48,552 nucleotides of DNA from Bacteroidales bacterium (GCA_016937295.1 JAFGWF010000092.1:1-48552), one strand, 5' to 3'. Shown: positions 1 through 10,015, counted from the stretch's first letter. Made by a program: numbers and translations. Notes: generated by a model not told the origin, from the sequence alone.

Positions 1-719
1 AAAACGGGTGTTCCGTCTAAAATTTCATCACCAAAAGTTGGGGAAACCATCCCTCTTAACACATGTTTATGCTCATAGTCAAGTATTGCAGGTGTATTGC
101 CGATGGAAGCATCGAGATTCAGTTGCCCACTTATCATACCAGATTCCGTAATCATAATACAAAGATTATATTTTCCTGATGGCATGGATTTTAGAAAAGT
201 TACCTCTGTATTAAGGCTTAGTATTGTATCTGAATTATTGAATGATGGGTCAAGGTGAATATATAATTCAGGCTCTTTAGGCAAAGAATCAATGAGCTTA
301 CTTACCTCCGTTGCAAATCCTCCTTTGTCCACTAAATAACCACCATTGTTTTGTTTAATTCTATTAATCATTCCAACAGGTATTCCTAAAACACCAAAGT
401 AACTAAGTAAGGAATTCCCTTCAGCACACCGGTAGTCATGATTAAAAGGAAAAGTGTCAGGTTTTGCTTGACCTGTTGTATGTAAGTACACAACTATTAG
501 TTGTTTTCCATATAATTTCTGTAAATCGGAAGCAACTTTATGCGCTGATGGACAATTATTGCATTTATGAGCGGTAAAATCCTCCAAGAGCACTTTTCGC
601 ACAGTGTCGTTGGTTAGGTTGTTGTTATTCCCTATAGTTGTGTAAGGCGCATCTATTTTATCACATGATAATCCGATGAATATCAGGGATATAAATAACA
701 AAATGGATAGCTTATTCAT
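1..719 (-). CDS. Omp28-family outer-membrane lipoprotein with CxxC (3' end runs off the window)
   Basis: Not in the ORF track because it is truncated; translated by hand from ATG 719: MNKLSILLFISLIFIGLS-C-DKIDAPY (lipobox), RKVLLEDFTAHKCNNCP (Omp28-type thioredoxin-like motif, CNNC at 552-563), later YEHKHVLR. Confidence 0.85.
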   Translation of the reverse strand, partial: MNKLSILLFISLIFIGLSCDKIDAPYTTIGNNNNLTNDTVRKVLLEDFTAHKCNNCPSAHKVASDLQKLYGKQLIVVYLHTTGQAKPDTFPFNHDYRCAEGNSLLSYFGVLGIPVGMINRIKQNNGGYLVDKGGFATEVSKLIDSLPKEPELYIHLDPSFNNSDTILSLNTEVTFLKSMPSGKYNLCIMITESGMISGQLNLDASIGNTPAILDYEHKHVLRGMVSPTFGDEILDGTPV

Positions 720-759
720 ATTTCGGTTCTTTTAAATTCTTTAAAAATTTGGTAAGGAG

Positions 760-2400
760 TTAAAAACTGCTGGTTAGACTTATTGAGAATCCATTGGTTG
801 CCGGCACCTCACGACAAACACCACCTACACAAAGGATTCCATTGCTTTGTTTTCCGTAAGTCAATGCTAATCGAGTTGTGTTCCAAGTATAACCACTGCT
901 AACTGACAAATAATGAATTTGCATGGTTTCCACCGGATTTCCATAGTTGTACTGGTCAATTACCGCTGCAAAAAAGCTTTTATAATTGTATTCGACCATT
1001 CCCAGAAACCAATTCCCCCAATCTTCTTCAGCAAAAGTGGCTTCAACATCGAAATGTAACGACTGATATTTTTTGAATTTCCACCAAACATCAGCCACGC
1101 CGGTTTGAGCCAACACATTTGGTTCTTCGTGTCCTTCAATCACATTCATATTATAAAAGATGTTATAGTAGGAAAGGATGAGATTCCATTTGGTATTAAT
1201 TTTCTTGGTAATTTTGAAATTGAAATCGTGGTAGTATTTTTCTTTTCCAATCTCGAAAAACGGTGAAGTATAACCATCTGAGGCAGCCATGCCAATAGTT
1301 GTACTGTCATTTATTTGGTTTTTTTGCAGTCCCTGCGATATGGAATAATTGAGTTCGAGACCCATTCCTGTTTTGCCGCCAAGAACTGATTTTTTCTTCA
1401 CTTTATACTGTATTGTTGCTTGCAATCCCATTTCACCATTGGCTTGAGTCGCATAAGGATAATATGCGGGCATTGTGTAGGCATGTTGAGCAGTCATAGC
1501 CGGAATATAGTTTATCGGCAGATTAAATCCGGTAGCGGTGCGGTCGGAGCGAAAGTCCATATTATCAACGCGTTTGGCTTGAAGTGACGCCCCAAATCCC
1601 TTTTTAGAATAACTCAAAGTCAACAAAACAGCATGACCATCCTTGTAAATCATATTATTCGTAGCGTTTGGGTCATTGATTTTATAACCGGCTTCGGTCA
1701 GCAAAACCCAGTTGCCTCGGTAGATATTTAATCGACCGGAATAAGCTCCCACATTGGCAGGAAGGATATAGATAGGATCTAAATCTTGTTGATACCGACT
1801 TACAAAATTTCCACCGACAAAGACCTGTGTTTTTTTATCGTTAAAACGTTTAAATGCTTGATTCAGATGTATTTCTGCATCAATGCCGCGAACTAGTCCA
1901 TCGCCTTTTCCCCAAAAGGAACGTTGTTTTCCGACAAGTCCTGTTATGCGAATGCCGGGAAAATTTGCTTTAACACGAATACCATCTATGGAATTGTCAA
2001 AACCAAGATTCCACTCCTGATACGCCCGCAAAATCATTCCGCTGCCAAACTGTTCGTAAAAGTTTCCGGCGGTGAGCTCAAATTGCTTATTCGTATATTT
2101 TGCGTAGCGATAAGGGATGCCATGCCCTTTGTAGCGTGGGTCAAACCCTTGAAGTGGAGGCATAAAAGCTTCGTAGCGCACTCCGGCCTCAAAATTTTTG
2201 TACGTATAGATTAAGTCTAAAAAGGAATTGACACCCATTTTTTCATCCGGAATCGTGGCGCCAATAATCGTATCTTCCTGATATAGTTGGGCATCTACTT
2301 GAAAACTGCCGTGCAGGGTTCCCCCTTCAGATTGACTATAAAGAGATTTTGTGGATACAAGAAAAGCCACTATGGCGATTATTCCTATAAATTTTGTCAT
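760..2400 (-). CDS. Outer-membrane beta-barrel protein, DUF6029-like, with C-terminal CxGGxC
   Basis: Signal peptide; amphipathic aromatic strands; GNFYEQFGSG..LR motif; ends CVGGVCREVPATNGFSISLTSSF with terminal Phe; sits between TlpA and Omp28 genes. Confidence 0.75.
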   Translation of the reverse strand: MTKFIGIIAIVAFLVSTKSLYSQSEGGTLHGSFQVDAQLYQEDTIIGATIPDEKMGVNSFLDLIYTYKNFEAGVRYEAFMPPLQGFDPRYKGHGIPYRYAKYTNKQFELTAGNFYEQFGSGMILRAYQEWNLGFDNSIDGIRVKANFPGIRITGLVGKQRSFWGKGDGLVRGIDAEIHLNQAFKRFNDKKTQVFVGGNFVSRYQQDLDPIYILPANVGAYSGRLNIYRGNWVLLTEAGYKINDPNATNNMIYKDGHAVLLTLSYSKKGFGASLQAKRVDNMDFRSDRTATGFNLPINYIPAMTAQHAYTMPAYYPYATQANGEMGLQATIQYKVKKKSVLGGKTGMGLELNYSISQGLQKNQINDSTTIGMAASDGYTSPFFEIGKEKYYHDFNFKITKKINTKWNLILSYYNIFYNMNVIEGHEEPNVLAQTGVADVWWKFKKYQSLHFDVEATFAEEDWGNWFLGMVEYNYKSFFAAVIDQYNYGNPVETMQIHYLSVSSGYTWNTTRLALTYGKQSNGILCVGGVCREVPATNGFSISLTSSF

Positions 2401-2417
2401 AAGGTTAAGATTATGAA

Positions 2418-2936
2418 TTATTTAATGGCTTCTCCTTTTTTGACTTTTCGAATGATTTCTATCATTTCCAGTTCGCCACCTTCCGAAAAAGTAGTGTGTT
2501 GCCATACGATTTCTCCTTTTCCATTGAGGATAAAAGTATGGGGAACCATATTGACGCCCATTGCTCGTTTAAAGTCTCCGTTTTCATCAAGGTAAACCTC
2601 ATATTCCCATTCTTTGGAATCGACAAATGGTTTAACCTTGAATGAATTACGAGTGTTGTCGATGGAAACGGCTACTAATTTTACGCCGGTTTCTTCTTGC
2701 CAATCGGCATACACTTCGTTGATTGTGGTGAGCTCTTGAATACAGGGTTTACACCAAGTAGCCCAAAAACTAATGATAATCGGATTTCCGTCATTAGCGA
2801 TGTTTGATGTGTTGAAAACACTGCCATCCAATGCTTTAATGTCGATAGATGGGATTTTCTGTAGGTTTTCGTCAGCGGTAAATCCTGCTACAAGAAGCAT
2901 TAACGGAAGCGCAATGAATAAAATTGATTTTCTCAT
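2418..2936 (-). CDS. TlpA/ResA-family thiol-disulfide oxidoreductase
   Basis: Signal peptide, SFWATWCKPC, VAVSID, cis-Pro motif VPHTFIL. Confidence 0.92.
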   Translation of the reverse strand: MRKSILFIALPLMLLVAGFTADENLQKIPSIDIKALDGSVFNTSNIANDGNPIIISFWATWCKPCIQELTTINEVYADWQEETGVKLVAVSIDNTRNSFKVKPFVDSKEWEYEVYLDENGDFKRAMGVNMVPHTFILNGKGEIVWQHTTFSEGGELEMIEIIRKVKKGEAIK

Positions 2937-3160
2937 AAGGTGTGTATTGAGTTGTGTTCCAATTGGCTGCGAAATTAGAAAAATTTTCCATTCTGCAACA
3001 CTAAAACAATTTAGGAAAATGCAGCTAAGTTCAAATTTTGTGCCTAAATTGCCGACTTATGAAACCTTCTGCGAATTAATGGCTTTCAAGTCCTTGCTCA
3101 ATTCCAACCTATTTCTAATCACGCAACTACCGTTGAACTTTGATTGGTTGAAACCGTTAA

Positions 3161-4597
3161 TTACAACCCTATGCCATAATAGGCTTTGATGCCATTAGGA
3201 TAAATTCCCTCAATGAGCACTCCGCCTTTTTTAGTGCTTAACAATTTATAAATATCATCGGGTTGATTTACCGGTTTGCGGTCGATCTTGGTAATGATGA
3301 AGTCGTCTTTAATTCCGGCATTGGCAATGATACCACGCTTAATTTCAGTAACTTGAACGCCATTTTCGATACCTAATAGACTTTTTGTCTTTTCGTCAAC
3401 TGGTTTTAGGTTAGCTCCTAACTCCAAAACGGCCTCCTCATGCGCCGAACGAAGTTTTGTGTTCCCTTTCATGTCGGTGAGCTTAACAGTAGATGTTTTT
3501 TCATTATCTTTTTGCAGATACTTTACTTCAATTGCATCACCGGGCCGATGCATCCCAACACGCTCTAACAATTCGCTCGGACTGTTTATTTCTATATTGT
3601 CAATTTCCAAAATAATATCGCCGGCTTTGATTCCGGCTTTTTCGGCTGGCAGTCCGTCAACAACACCTTCCACTAATACACCTTTAAGGTTTTTCAACTT
3701 ATAGGCTTCTGCCACTTTTGCATTGATTTCGGCAATCGAAATTCCAATTACTGCTCTTTGCACTTGTCCAAATTCTTTCAGATCTTTGACCACTTTTTTT
3801 ACAATGCCGGAAGGAATAGCAAAACTGTATCCTTGGTAATATCCAGTTCTTGAGGCTATTGCAGCGTTTATGCCAATAAGTTTTCCTTCGATATTGACTA
3901 ACGCTCCCCCTGAATTTCCCGGATTAACCGCAGCATCGGTTTGAATAAAGGATTCAATGGCCGAATTTCCAGGTAATATGTTGATATTTCGGGCTTTAGC
4001 AGAAACTATTCCTGCCGTAACTGTTGATGTTAGGTTAAATGGATTTCCTACAGCCAAAACCCACTCACCTACTTTTACACTGTCGGAATTGCCAAAAGTG
4101 AGATATGGTAATTCTTTGTCTTCAACCTTTAATAATGCTAAGTCGGTACTGGCATCTAACCCAATGGTTTTTGCTTCATACGACCTTTTATCGTTCAAAA
4201 TTACCGTAATCTTATCGGCTTGCTGAACGACATGGTTATTGGTTACAATGTATCCATCAGAAGAAATTATTACACCCGACCCGCTTGCCTTATAAACTCG
4301 ATTGCCTCCGTTGAAGAAAAAATCCTCAAGCGAAAAAAAATCGTCATAAACACTACTTTTTCTGGTAAACTCGGTTTGGATGTGAACAACAGCGTGTAGC
4401 GCATTCTCAGCACTCGAATTGAAGTCCATCATCAATTGCTTGCTTGTGGGTAGGTAAGCAGTTTGATAACCAATGTTTTGTGGCACTTCTTTTAGAACCA
4501 CTTTTGGTTCGTCTTGATCCTTAATTTGATCGTATAAAAATAATGTTAGTGTTGAGACTGCAACTGCCAAAACTATTGTTTTTAAAGCCTGTTTCAT
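3161..4597 (-). CDS. degP: HtrA/DegP (Do-family) serine endopeptidase with two PDZ domains
   Basis: GSGVI, TNNHVV, DLALLK, QTDAAVNPGNSGG; ATG 4597 is preceded by AGGAG (ORF track extends to 4618). Confidence 0.93.
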   Translation of the reverse strand: MKQALKTIVLAVAVSTLTLFLYDQIKDQDEPKVVLKEVPQNIGYQTAYLPTSKQLMMDFNSSAENALHAVVHIQTEFTRKSSVYDDFFSLEDFFFNGGNRVYKASGSGVIISSDGYIVTNNHVVQQADKITVILNDKRSYEAKTIGLDASTDLALLKVEDKELPYLTFGNSDSVKVGEWVLAVGNPFNLTSTVTAGIVSAKARNINILPGNSAIESFIQTDAAVNPGNSGGALVNIEGKLIGINAAIASRTGYYQGYSFAIPSGIVKKVVKDLKEFGQVQRAVIGISIAEINAKVAEAYKLKNLKGVLVEGVVDGLPAEKAGIKAGDIILEIDNIEINSPSELLERVGMHRPGDAIEVKYLQKDNEKTSTVKLTDMKGNTKLRSAHEEAVLELGANLKPVDEKTKSLLGIENGVQVTEIKRGIIANAGIKDDFIITKIDRKPVNQPDDIYKLLSTKKGGVLIEGIYPNGIKAYYGIGL

Positions 4598-4727
4598 GTT
4601 ATTTCTCCTTTCATTCATTTAAATATTATTTTAGTATTGCTTTATACTATGTTGAACTTAGTTGATTTGTTAATCATTTTAATTTCAACGTATTTTGTTA
4701 AAATTTGGAATAATTGACTGGTAAACG

Positions 4728-4735
4728 CAAAATTA
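4728..4735 (-). promoter_or_regulatory. Bacteroidetes primary-sigma -7 element (TAATTTTG) for degP
   Basis: Matches TAnnTTTG in the intergenic region upstream of degP. Confidence 0.5.
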
Positions 4736-4824
4736 TCCCTTTATGATATTTTTGGTTGTTAAATGTAGTTAACCAAAGTAAACGATTCTAAAGGGATTTA
4801 TGTGGACTGATTTTCTTTTTTATG

Positions 4825-4832
4825 TATGTTTG
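4825..4832 (+). promoter_or_regulatory. Bacteroidetes -7 element (TATGTTTG) for the hypothetical-dapF-GNAT-mltG run
   Basis: TAnnTTTG 22 nt before ATG 4855. Confidence 0.5.
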
Positions 4833-4854
4833 TGGTCGTTTTTACCTCATCCAA

Positions 4855-5556
4855 ATGCAACGTTATTTTTTAGGAAAATTTGTGTTTTTTATTCTTGGCA
4901 TGGTCGCCGGGTTGGGTTTATTTTGGATATATGGGATCTATATAAATCAAGATGTTTTTCAAAATTCTACTCCGGAGATGGAGCAATTAGTTGAATTACC
5001 AATTAATGAAGCCGAATTTAAAGTGAAGAAAAAGATAAAACCTAAAACAAAGAAATCCGCTCAGCTTGACGTTTCTGATAGTTTGATTATGTCGATTCCA
5101 GACAGCTTGACCGACATAAATTTGAGTTTCGAAAAATCTAATGGGGATACTTTATCTATACTTCAAAATGATTCTATCGGCAGTGTTGATTTTGTTGTGA
5201 TGCAAGATGAGAAGGTCTATGCTCGTTACTTTAAACCATCTGGCAATCCTGTGCTTTTTCACTGTGATTTTGATGCAGAAATGGATAGTATTCTGATAGA
5301 TAATTCTATGACCTTGCCCAAAGAAGGCTTGTTGGTTGAATTTTGGCGGTCGCCGGTCAATTTTTCCGGATATCGACTCTCGCGTCAAAAATTAGTGCTT
5401 TTTGGAGTTTTTGAATATGATAGCTTGTCGTTTCATTATCACGAAGAAGAAGTTTTGCTAATGAAATACAAGCAAAAATCGTTTATCCTCAAATGTGGAA
5501 ACGATTTTTCTCCCATCATCTTTAATCCTAATAAAAAGGGGCGTAAGCCATCTTAA
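4855..5556 (+). CDS. Hypothetical membrane-anchored protein
   Basis: N-terminal TM helix (FVFFILGMVAGLGLFWIYG), Lys-rich linker, C-terminal globular part (EFWRSPVNFSGY); 5 nt before dapF; start moved from 4822 because that ATG abuts the -7 element. Confidence 0.7.
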   Translation: MQRYFLGKFVFFILGMVAGLGLFWIYGIYINQDVFQNSTPEMEQLVELPINEAEFKVKKKIKPKTKKSAQLDVSDSLIMSIPDSLTDINLSFEKSNGDTLSILQNDSIGSVDFVVMQDEKVYARYFKPSGNPVLFHCDFDAEMDSILIDNSMTLPKEGLLVEFWRSPVNFSGYRLSRQKLVLFGVFEYDSLSFHYHEEEVLLMKYKQKSFILKCGNDFSPIIFNPNKKGRKPS

Positions 5557-5561
5557 ATGAT

Positions 5562-6356
5562 ATGAATCTAGTGCATTTCTCGAAATATCACGGAGCCGGT
5601 AATGACTTTATACTAATTGATAACAGAGACTTAGTTTTCAATGTTAACTCGCAATATATCCGTATGTTATGTGATCGACATTTTGGAATAGGGGCTGATG
5701 GGCTGATGCTTTTAGAAAACCACTCCGAATTTGATTTTACCATGCGTTATTTTAATGCTGATGGCGGTGAGGCAACGTTATGCGGCAATGGTGGTAGATG
5801 CATTAGTGCCTTTGCTCATCAACTTGGTGTGGTTGGTTCAACAGCTTTTTTTCTGGCATCCGATGGTCCACACAAAGCCCAAATATTTCCCAATGGATTA
5901 TCGTATATGGTTGAATTGCAGATGAATGATATTGTGCGTGACACGGTTGATAGCGACTATTCGTTTCTGAATACCGGTTCGCCACACCATGTTCAGTGGG
6001 TTGATGAGGTGTCAAATATGGAAGTTTTTCAACATGGTTCACAGATTCGTTTTTCTGAACATTATAAAGGTATCGGTGGAACAAATGTGAATTTTGTGGA
6101 GATTTTAGATTCTAATCAGCTAAAAATCAGAACTTATGAGCGTGGTGTTGAAAATGAAACTCTCGCCTGTGGAACTGGTGCAGTTGCTTCAGCTATTTTG
6201 TTTGCTTTAAAAAACAACTTAAAAGAAGGTCCTGTTGTTCTTCGAGCTGTTGGAGGTGATTTGACGGTTAATTTTTCCATAGAGCCAAATAATGTTACCA
6301 ATATTGTTCTTTCAGGCCCGGCAGTGAAGGTCTTTGAAGGAACTATTAAATTTTAG
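5562..6356 (+). CDS. dapF: Diaminopimelate epimerase
   Basis: KYHGAGNDF, GIGADG, CGNGGRC, TGSPH, ERGVENETLACGTG. Confidence 0.97.
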   Translation: MNLVHFSKYHGAGNDFILIDNRDLVFNVNSQYIRMLCDRHFGIGADGLMLLENHSEFDFTMRYFNADGGEATLCGNGGRCISAFAHQLGVVGSTAFFLASDGPHKAQIFPNGLSYMVELQMNDIVRDTVDSDYSFLNTGSPHHVQWVDEVSNMEVFQHGSQIRFSEHYKGIGGTNVNFVEILDSNQLKIRTYERGVENETLACGTGAVASAILFALKNNLKEGPVVLRAVGGDLTVNFSIEPNNVTNIVLSGPAVKVFEGTIKF

Positions 6357-6361
6357 TATTA

Positions 6362-6877
6362 ATGCTTGAAAATGACCAAATTTATTTAAGAGTTGCTGAA
6401 ATTAAGGATGTGGATTTTCTGCTTCAAACCGAAAATAACTCTGAGTATTGGCATGTTTCCGGTACTCTTTTTCCATATTCTCGTTTTGAATTGGAATCCT
6501 TTATTCTAAATAATTCTCACGATCTTTTCACGGAAAAACAACTTCGATTAATGATTTGTGAGATGACTTCTGATAATCTGGTTGGCATGGTGGATCTTTT
6601 CGACTACCATCCAATGCATCGTAGGGCTGGTGTGGGAATCATTGTCGATGAAGTAGTTAGGCATCAAGGCGTAGCATCTCAAGCATTAAACTTAGTGTGC
6701 GAGTATGCAAAAACTATTCTTCAGTTGAATCAACTTTATTGCGAAGTTCAAACGGATAATTTTACTTCCTTAAAGCTTTTTGAGAAGTTAGGTTTTGTTA
6801 AGATTGGTGTGAAAAAGCAATGGGTATTTGTTGATAATCAATGGAAAGACGTGTGTTTTTTTCAAAAATTGCTTTAA
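6362..6877 (+). CDS. GNAT N-acetyltransferase (RimJ/RimL, SpeG-like)
   Basis: RHQGVASQAL acetyl-CoA motif and N..SLKLFEKLGF. Confidence 0.85.
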   Translation: MLENDQIYLRVAEIKDVDFLLQTENNSEYWHVSGTLFPYSRFELESFILNNSHDLFTEKQLRLMICEMTSDNLVGMVDLFDYHPMHRRAGVGIIVDEVVRHQGVASQALNLVCEYAKTILQLNQLYCEVQTDNFTSLKLFEKLGFVKIGVKKQWVFVDNQWKDVCFFQKLL

Positions 6878-6921
6878 ATGAGTTGGGTGGTTTTTGATTT
6901 GTTGAAATGAATTGTTTTAAA

Positions 6922-7956
6922 ATGAGAATATTTAAAATTGTTTTGGTGGTGATTTCGGTTGTTTTAATCGGTGTTGCAATTTTGTTTTATAAACTTTACC
7001 AAAAATATCAGGCGCCAATTGTTGCCTTGCCATCATCATCGGCTATTTTTTTTATTCCTACAAATTCTGACTATCATTATGTATTGAAATCGCTTTATAA
7101 TCAAGGTTTTGTGAAGGATACTTCTCTACTGAATTTTGTTGCCGAATTGAAAAAATACCCTCAGAAAGTCAAACCTGGACGATATCGCTTGCAAAATGAA
7201 ATGAATGCCAATCAGTTAGTAAATATGTTGCGTTCAGGCCGACAAGACCCTGTAATGTTTACCTTTAATAATATCCGTTTTTTGCCCAAACTTGCCGGAT
7301 TAGCTGCCGCCAAACTTGAGTTAGATTCTGCCAAGTTAATGTCAATGCTCACCAATCGGCCTCTTTTAGATTCTATCGGATTCACACCGGAAACAGCCAT
7401 AGCTCTTTTTATTCCAAATACTTACGAGTTTTTTTGGAATACTTCTGAATTGGAGTTTGTCGAAAGAATGCACAAAGAATATAAGAAATTCTGGTCTGAG
7501 AATAGAACTTCTAAAGCTATGGATATGTCATTGTCGCCCATAGAAGTGAGTATTTTGGCAAGCATCATTCAGGAAGAAACCAACAAAACTGATGAGATGA
7601 GCCGAATGGCCGGTGTGCTCGTCAATAGGTTACGCCGTAATATGAAACTTCAAGCCGACCCAACCGCAAGATATGCTTATGGCGACTTTTCCGTCAAACG
7701 AATACTGACTGATTACACCTTGATAGAATCACCTTATAATACGTATCATATTTTTGGTTTGCCACCAGACCCTATTTGTATGCCCGAACAGAAAGCAATA
7801 GATGCGGTTTTGAATTTTGAAAAAAATTCTTATCTCTACTATTGTGCACGCGCCGATGGGTCGGGTTATCACGAGTTTGCCGAAAATCATTCTCAACATA
7901 TTCGTAATGCAAATGCCTATCATAGTTATTTACGTAAGTTGAATATCCGTAGGTAA
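6922..7956 (+). CDS. mltG: Endolytic peptidoglycan transglycosylase
   Basis: N-terminal TM; LASIIQEET (catalytic Glu); LQADPT; SPYNTY; GLPPxP; alternative start 6907. Confidence 0.95.
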   Translation: MRIFKIVLVVISVVLIGVAILFYKLYQKYQAPIVALPSSSAIFFIPTNSDYHYVLKSLYNQGFVKDTSLLNFVAELKKYPQKVKPGRYRLQNEMNANQLVNMLRSGRQDPVMFTFNNIRFLPKLAGLAAAKLELDSAKLMSMLTNRPLLDSIGFTPETAIALFIPNTYEFFWNTSELEFVERMHKEYKKFWSENRTSKAMDMSLSPIEVSILASIIQEETNKTDEMSRMAGVLVNRLRRNMKLQADPTARYAYGDFSVKRILTDYTLIESPYNTYHIFGLPPDPICMPEQKAIDAVLNFEKNSYLYYCARADGSGYHEFAENHSQHIRNANAYHSYLRKLNIRR

Positions 7957-7999
7957 TAATTTTTAAGATGATTCGTTTATCGAAACTAAACCCAATCCT

Positions 8000-8758
8000 A
8001 TGAATTCAAAACTATTACTAATATTTATTCTTACATTGTTGATTAACAGTGGATTAAAAGCTCAATCAGTAACTGACACGAATATTCGAATATCTATGTT
8101 TTCTGCCCATTATTCATTTCATATTCCGGGTGGCGATTTGAGTGATAGATTTGGAAACAGCAATTCCGTTGGCGCTGATTTTTCCTTTAAAACAGTAAAT
8201 GGATGGCTTTTTGGCGCCGACTATTCTTTTGTTTTTGGGGAAAACGTAAAGAATAAAGATAGCTACTTTGCGGCGATTCGCAATAGTAAAGGATATGTGA
8301 TTGATGGCGATGGTAATTTTGCGGAGGCTTATATTTATCAGCGTGGATTTAATGCGTCTTTAATGGTAGGAAAGCAATTTAACTTTTGGGCGCCAAATCC
8401 TAATTCGGGACCTTTTATACAAATTTATGGTGGTTTTTTCCAGCATTATGTTCGTATCGAAAATCCTTATAGGGTTGCTCCTCAGATTATTGATGAGTAT
8501 GCTAAGCTTTATGATCGTCTTACCAATGGCTTCAGTATTTCTGAGTTTGTTGGCTACCGATTTATGGGAAATAAGCGTTTGATTAATTTTTATGCCGGTT
8601 TTGAGTTTGTTCAGGGGTTTACCGCCGGAAAACGCTCTTACAATGCTGATGACCGCCTAATAGATAACAGCAAACGCTTGGATTTGTTGTCAGGCCTGAG
8701 AATTGGTTGGGTCATTCCTCTTTATGGTAAAACGAAACAGGAATTCTTTTATTTTTAG
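8000..8758 (+). CDS. Hypothetical outer-membrane beta-barrel protein
   Basis: Signal peptide (..GLKA-Q); alternating aromatic/Gly strands; aromatic C-terminus. Confidence 0.65.
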   Translation: MNSKLLLIFILTLLINSGLKAQSVTDTNIRISMFSAHYSFHIPGGDLSDRFGNSNSVGADFSFKTVNGWLFGADYSFVFGENVKNKDSYFAAIRNSKGYVIDGDGNFAEAYIYQRGFNASLMVGKQFNFWAPNPNSGPFIQIYGGFFQHYVRIENPYRVAPQIIDEYAKLYDRLTNGFSISEFVGYRFMGNKRLINFYAGFEFVQGFTAGKRSYNADDRLIDNSKRLDLLSGLRIGWVIPLYGKTKQEFFYF

Positions 8759-8770
8759 AAAGTTTTGATT

Positions 8771-10015
8771 ATGAGAGTTCTGTATTCCTTGGGAATTCGT
8801 CTTTATGTTTTGGCCATACATTTGGCTGCATTTTTCAATAGGTCTGCTGCAGCTTGGGTTAAGGGAAGAAAAAATCAGCCTGAATTTTCGGGAGACAAAA
8901 CGGATTCTTGGATATGGTTTCACGCGGCCTCTCTTGGGGAGTTTGAACAGGGAAGGCCTGTAATTGAGCAATTTAAAACGGATTTTCCCTCATATAAAAT
9001 TCTCATAACCTTCTTTTCCCCATCAGGTTACAATGTGCGTAAAAATTATCTGATTGCAGATTTTATTACTTATCTGCCTCCTGATTTGAACGTTTCAATG
9101 ACTAAGTTTATAGCTCAATTCAATTTGAAATTAGTCGTTTTTGTTAAGTACGAATATTGGTATAATCTTCTAAATGTCTTAAAAATCAATGATATACCAT
9201 ATTTTTTTATATCTGCAATCTACCGACCATCACAGATTTTCTTTAAACCTTACGGACGCTGGTTTAGAGAACATTTGGAAGCTTCATCGCATATTTTTTG
9301 TCAGGACATCGATTCTGTGCAATTATTAAAAAATATAGGAATTGAAAGGGTTTCGCTATCCGGCGATACAAGATTTGATAGGGTGATTGCAGCAATTTCG
9401 GAACACAAGAATATCGATTTTGTGAAAGCGTTTTCGTCCGAAAGTCAAGTGGTTGTTGTGGGGAGCTCATGGCCTGAAGATGAATCGTTGATTGCAACTA
9501 TTATCAGAAAATCCAGCCTTAACTATAAATGGATTTTAGTACCTCATCATGTTGATGAAAGCCATATCAGTCAAATAATTACGCTCTTTGAGGGACATAA
9601 GATTCTTAGGTTTTCTCAAGTAAAACCTCAATTTAAGGCCGAAGATTTTCAAATATTAGTGATTGATAGCATTGGACTACTGCTTCATCTTTATCGTTAT
9701 GCTACTATCGCTTGGGTTGGTGGCGGATTTGGTGCAGGTATTCACAACATTCTTGAACCTGCTGCATATTCTAAGCCGATCATTATCGGGCCTCGATACC
9801 AAAAGTTTAAAGAAGCCAAAGACCTTGTTCGATTAGGTGGGGTTTTCCCTGTCAGTGCATTAGATGAGGCTGTTTCAGTACTCGAAAAAATGCAAAATGA
9901 CGCTGTGTTTTTTGAAAAATCATCAAAAATATCCGGTGATTATGTTTACGAAAACCAAGGAGCCACAGAACACATAATGGCATTTTTTAGAAATTATAAC
10001 TTAAAAAACTCATAA
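8771..10015 (+). CDS. waaA: Kdo transferase
   Basis: IWFHAASLGEFEQ, TFFSPSG, GDTRFD, GGGFG..IHNILEPAAY; ORF track start TTG 8765. Confidence 0.95.
   Translation: MRVLYSLGIRLYVLAIHLAAFFNRSAAAWVKGRKNQPEFSGDKTDSWIWFHAASLGEFEQGRPVIEQFKTDFPSYKILITFFSPSGYNVRKNYLIADFITYLPPDLNVSMTKFIAQFNLKLVVFVKYEYWYNLLNVLKINDIPYFFISAIYRPSQIFFKPYGRWFREHLEASSHIFCQDIDSVQLLKNIGIERVSLSGDTRFDRVIAAISEHKNIDFVKAFSSESQVVVVGSSWPEDESLIATIIRKSSLNYKWILVPHHVDESHISQIITLFEGHKILRFSQVKPQFKAEDFQILVIDSIGLLLHLYRYATIAWVGGGFGAGIHNILEPAAYSKPIIIGPRYQKFKEAKDLVRLGGVFPVSALDEAVSVLEKMQNDAVFFEKSSKISGDYVYENQGATEHIMAFFRNYNLKNS

Noticed and set aside
3007-3051. 9-bp inverted repeat CAATTTAGG/CCTAAATTG between degP and tlpA
   Set aside because: 27-nt spacer, AT-rich, no U-tract or target duplication; not supportable as a terminator or MITE
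2773-3189. 138-aa plus-strand ORF spanning the tlpA-degP gap
   Set aside because: Antisense to both flanking genes with no recognisable motif; a shadow ORF
7755-7775. MltG GLPPDP instead of the usual GLPPGP/GLPPTP
   Set aside because: A single residue at a variable position, possibly a one-base variant; the catalytic Glu and reading frame are intact
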